From an uncultured Chloroflexia bacterium (GTDB lineage Bacteria > Chloroflexota > Limnocylindria > Limnocylindrales > CSP1-4), in NCBI GenBank assembly GCA_963713975.1, contig OY970218.1:2208001-2272000 (forward strand): 64,000 bases of DNA, given 5' to 3'. Positions 62,906 to 64,000 of this stretch are shown in pieces. The notes beneath the pieces are model-generated. The model was given only the letters and a program-made list of their open reading frames with translations. It did no database searches and had not been told where the DNA came from. The first letter of the stretch is position 1. Each line of letters begins with the position of its first letter. The translations under genes were made by a program, and so were the position numbers.

Positions 62906-62981
62906 GCGGGAGTAGCTCAGCTGGCAGAGCGGCAGCCTTCCAAGCTGCATGTCGCGGGTTCGATCCCCGTCTCCCGCTCCA
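62906..62981 (+). tRNA. tRNA-Gly (anticodon TCC)
   Basis: 76-nt cloverleaf; acceptor GCGGGAG/CTCCCGC; anticodon loop CTTCCAA; GGTTCGA T-loop; encoded CCA. Confidence 0.97.
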
Positions 62982-63075
62982 ACCCCTTTCCCGATGACGC
63001 CCGATGACGCCCGAGCGCGCCCGCGGAGTCGGCGGACCGACTAGCCTTGTGCGAGTCGCAGGGAGGAAGGTCGTC

Positions 63076-64000
63076 ATGCCGCTGCCCGACCGGGTCGCGC
63101 TGTTCACGAACGAGTACCCGCCGTACGTCTACGGCGGCGCGGGCGTCCACGTCGAGTACCTGAGCCGCGAGCTCGCGAAGCTGGTGCCGGTCGAGGTCCG
63201 CTGCTTTGGTGACCAGAACGTGGACGAGCCCAATCTCCGCGTGAAGGGCTACGGGCCCTGGGACGAGGCGGCCCAAGACACCGACCCGCGCTTCCGCGGC
63301 GCCCTTGACGCCTTCCAGCGCAACCTCGCGATGGCCAAGGACACCCTCACCGCGGACGTGGTTCACACCCACACCTGGTACGCCGACATGGCCGGGCTCC
63401 TGGCCAAGCGCCTATGGGGCATCCCGCTCGTCGTGACGACGCACTCGCTGGAGCCCCTGCGCCCGTGGAAGGTCGAGCAGCTGGGCAATGCCTACCACCT
63501 GTCGAGCTGGATGGAGCACACGACGATCCTCGACGCCGACGCGATCATCGCGGTCTCGCAGGAGACGAGGGCCGATGTCCTGCGCTTCTTCCCGGTGGAC
63601 CCCGATCGGCTCCACGTCATCCACAACGGGATCGACCTGCACCAGTACCGCCCTGACCCGGGCACGGGCTTCCTCGAGCAGTACGGCGTCGATCCCGACC
63701 GTCCGTTCGTGCTGTTCGTCGGCCGGATCACCCGCCAGAAGGGGATCATCCACCTCGTCAACGCGATCCCCGACATCGACCCGTCGCTGCAGGTGGTGCT
63801 GTGCGCGGGAGCGCCGGACACGGCCGAGATCGGGGCCGAGATGGCGCAGCGGGTCGCCGAGGTCAGCACGGGCCGCGCCGATGTGATCTGGGTTCGCGAG
63901 ATGGTCCCGCGGGAGGCGGCGATCCAGCTCTACTCGCACGCGGCGGTGTTCTGCTGCCCGTCCGTGTACGAGCCGTTCGGGATCATCAACCTCGAGGCGA
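63076..64000 (+). CDS. glgA: GT4 glycogen synthase / maltose-1-phosphate synthase (GlgA/GlgM type), 3'-partial
   Basis: EYPPYVYGGAGVHVEYL, HTHTWY, HSLEPLRPWK, FVGRITRQKG, CPSVYEPFGIINLEA; GGAGG SD. Confidence 0.93.
   Translation, partial: MPLPDRVALFTNEYPPYVYGGAGVHVEYLSRELAKLVPVEVRCFGDQNVDEPNLRVKGYGPWDEAAQDTDPRFRGALDAFQRNLAMAKDTLTADVVHTHTWYADMAGLLAKRLWGIPLVVTTHSLEPLRPWKVEQLGNAYHLSSWMEHTTILDADAIIAVSQETRADVLRFFPVDPDRLHVIHNGIDLHQYRPDPGTGFLEQYGVDPDRPFVLFVGRITRQKGIIHLVNAIPDIDPSLQVVLCAGAPDTAEIGAEMAQRVAEVSTGRADVIWVREMVPREAAIQLYSHAAVFCCPSVYEPFGIINLEA

Larger units (their letters stand above)
49025..62944. mobile_element. Integrative island at tRNA-Gly(TCC)
   Basis: 39-bp direct repeats; intact integrase at the tRNA end; replication-relaxation gene; AbiE-like pair. 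Confidence 0.85.

Overview
Very GC-rich bacterial DNA; gene content suggests Chloroflexota or Actinomycetota (inference only). The core genes are sodN/sodX, lysA, a YitJ-like methyltransferase/MTHFR fusion, F420-type LLM oxidoreductases and a large alpha-glucan/trehalose cluster (GntR-treY-treZ-glgE-treS/mak-GH13, GH57, glgP, with glgA/glgM after tRNA-Gly). Three kinds of accessory DNA interrupt this. (1) Two different IS256/Mutator-like elements (4144-6908 and 16413-18772) have perfect terminal inverted repeats and 8-bp target duplications. Each carries a convergent passenger gene from the same secreted, C-terminally anchored protein family, and a third family member lies in the island. (2) A ~13.9 kb tyrosine-integrase island lies upstream of tRNA-Gly(TCC) and is bounded by a duplication of the tRNA 5' half. 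An internally deleted integrase relic sits just left of it. (3) The island carries a PDZ-like sensor kinase/NarL-family regulator pair. Its probable binding box (nTAGGGnnnTCCCCAAT, followed exactly 22 nt later by a -10-like hexamer) can be read upstream of four secreted-protein genes, one of them outside the island. The best candidates for undescribed systems are this ComP/ComA-like secretome regulon and the surface-protein-carrying IS family. All family assignments come from motif recognition by eye; no database searches were run.
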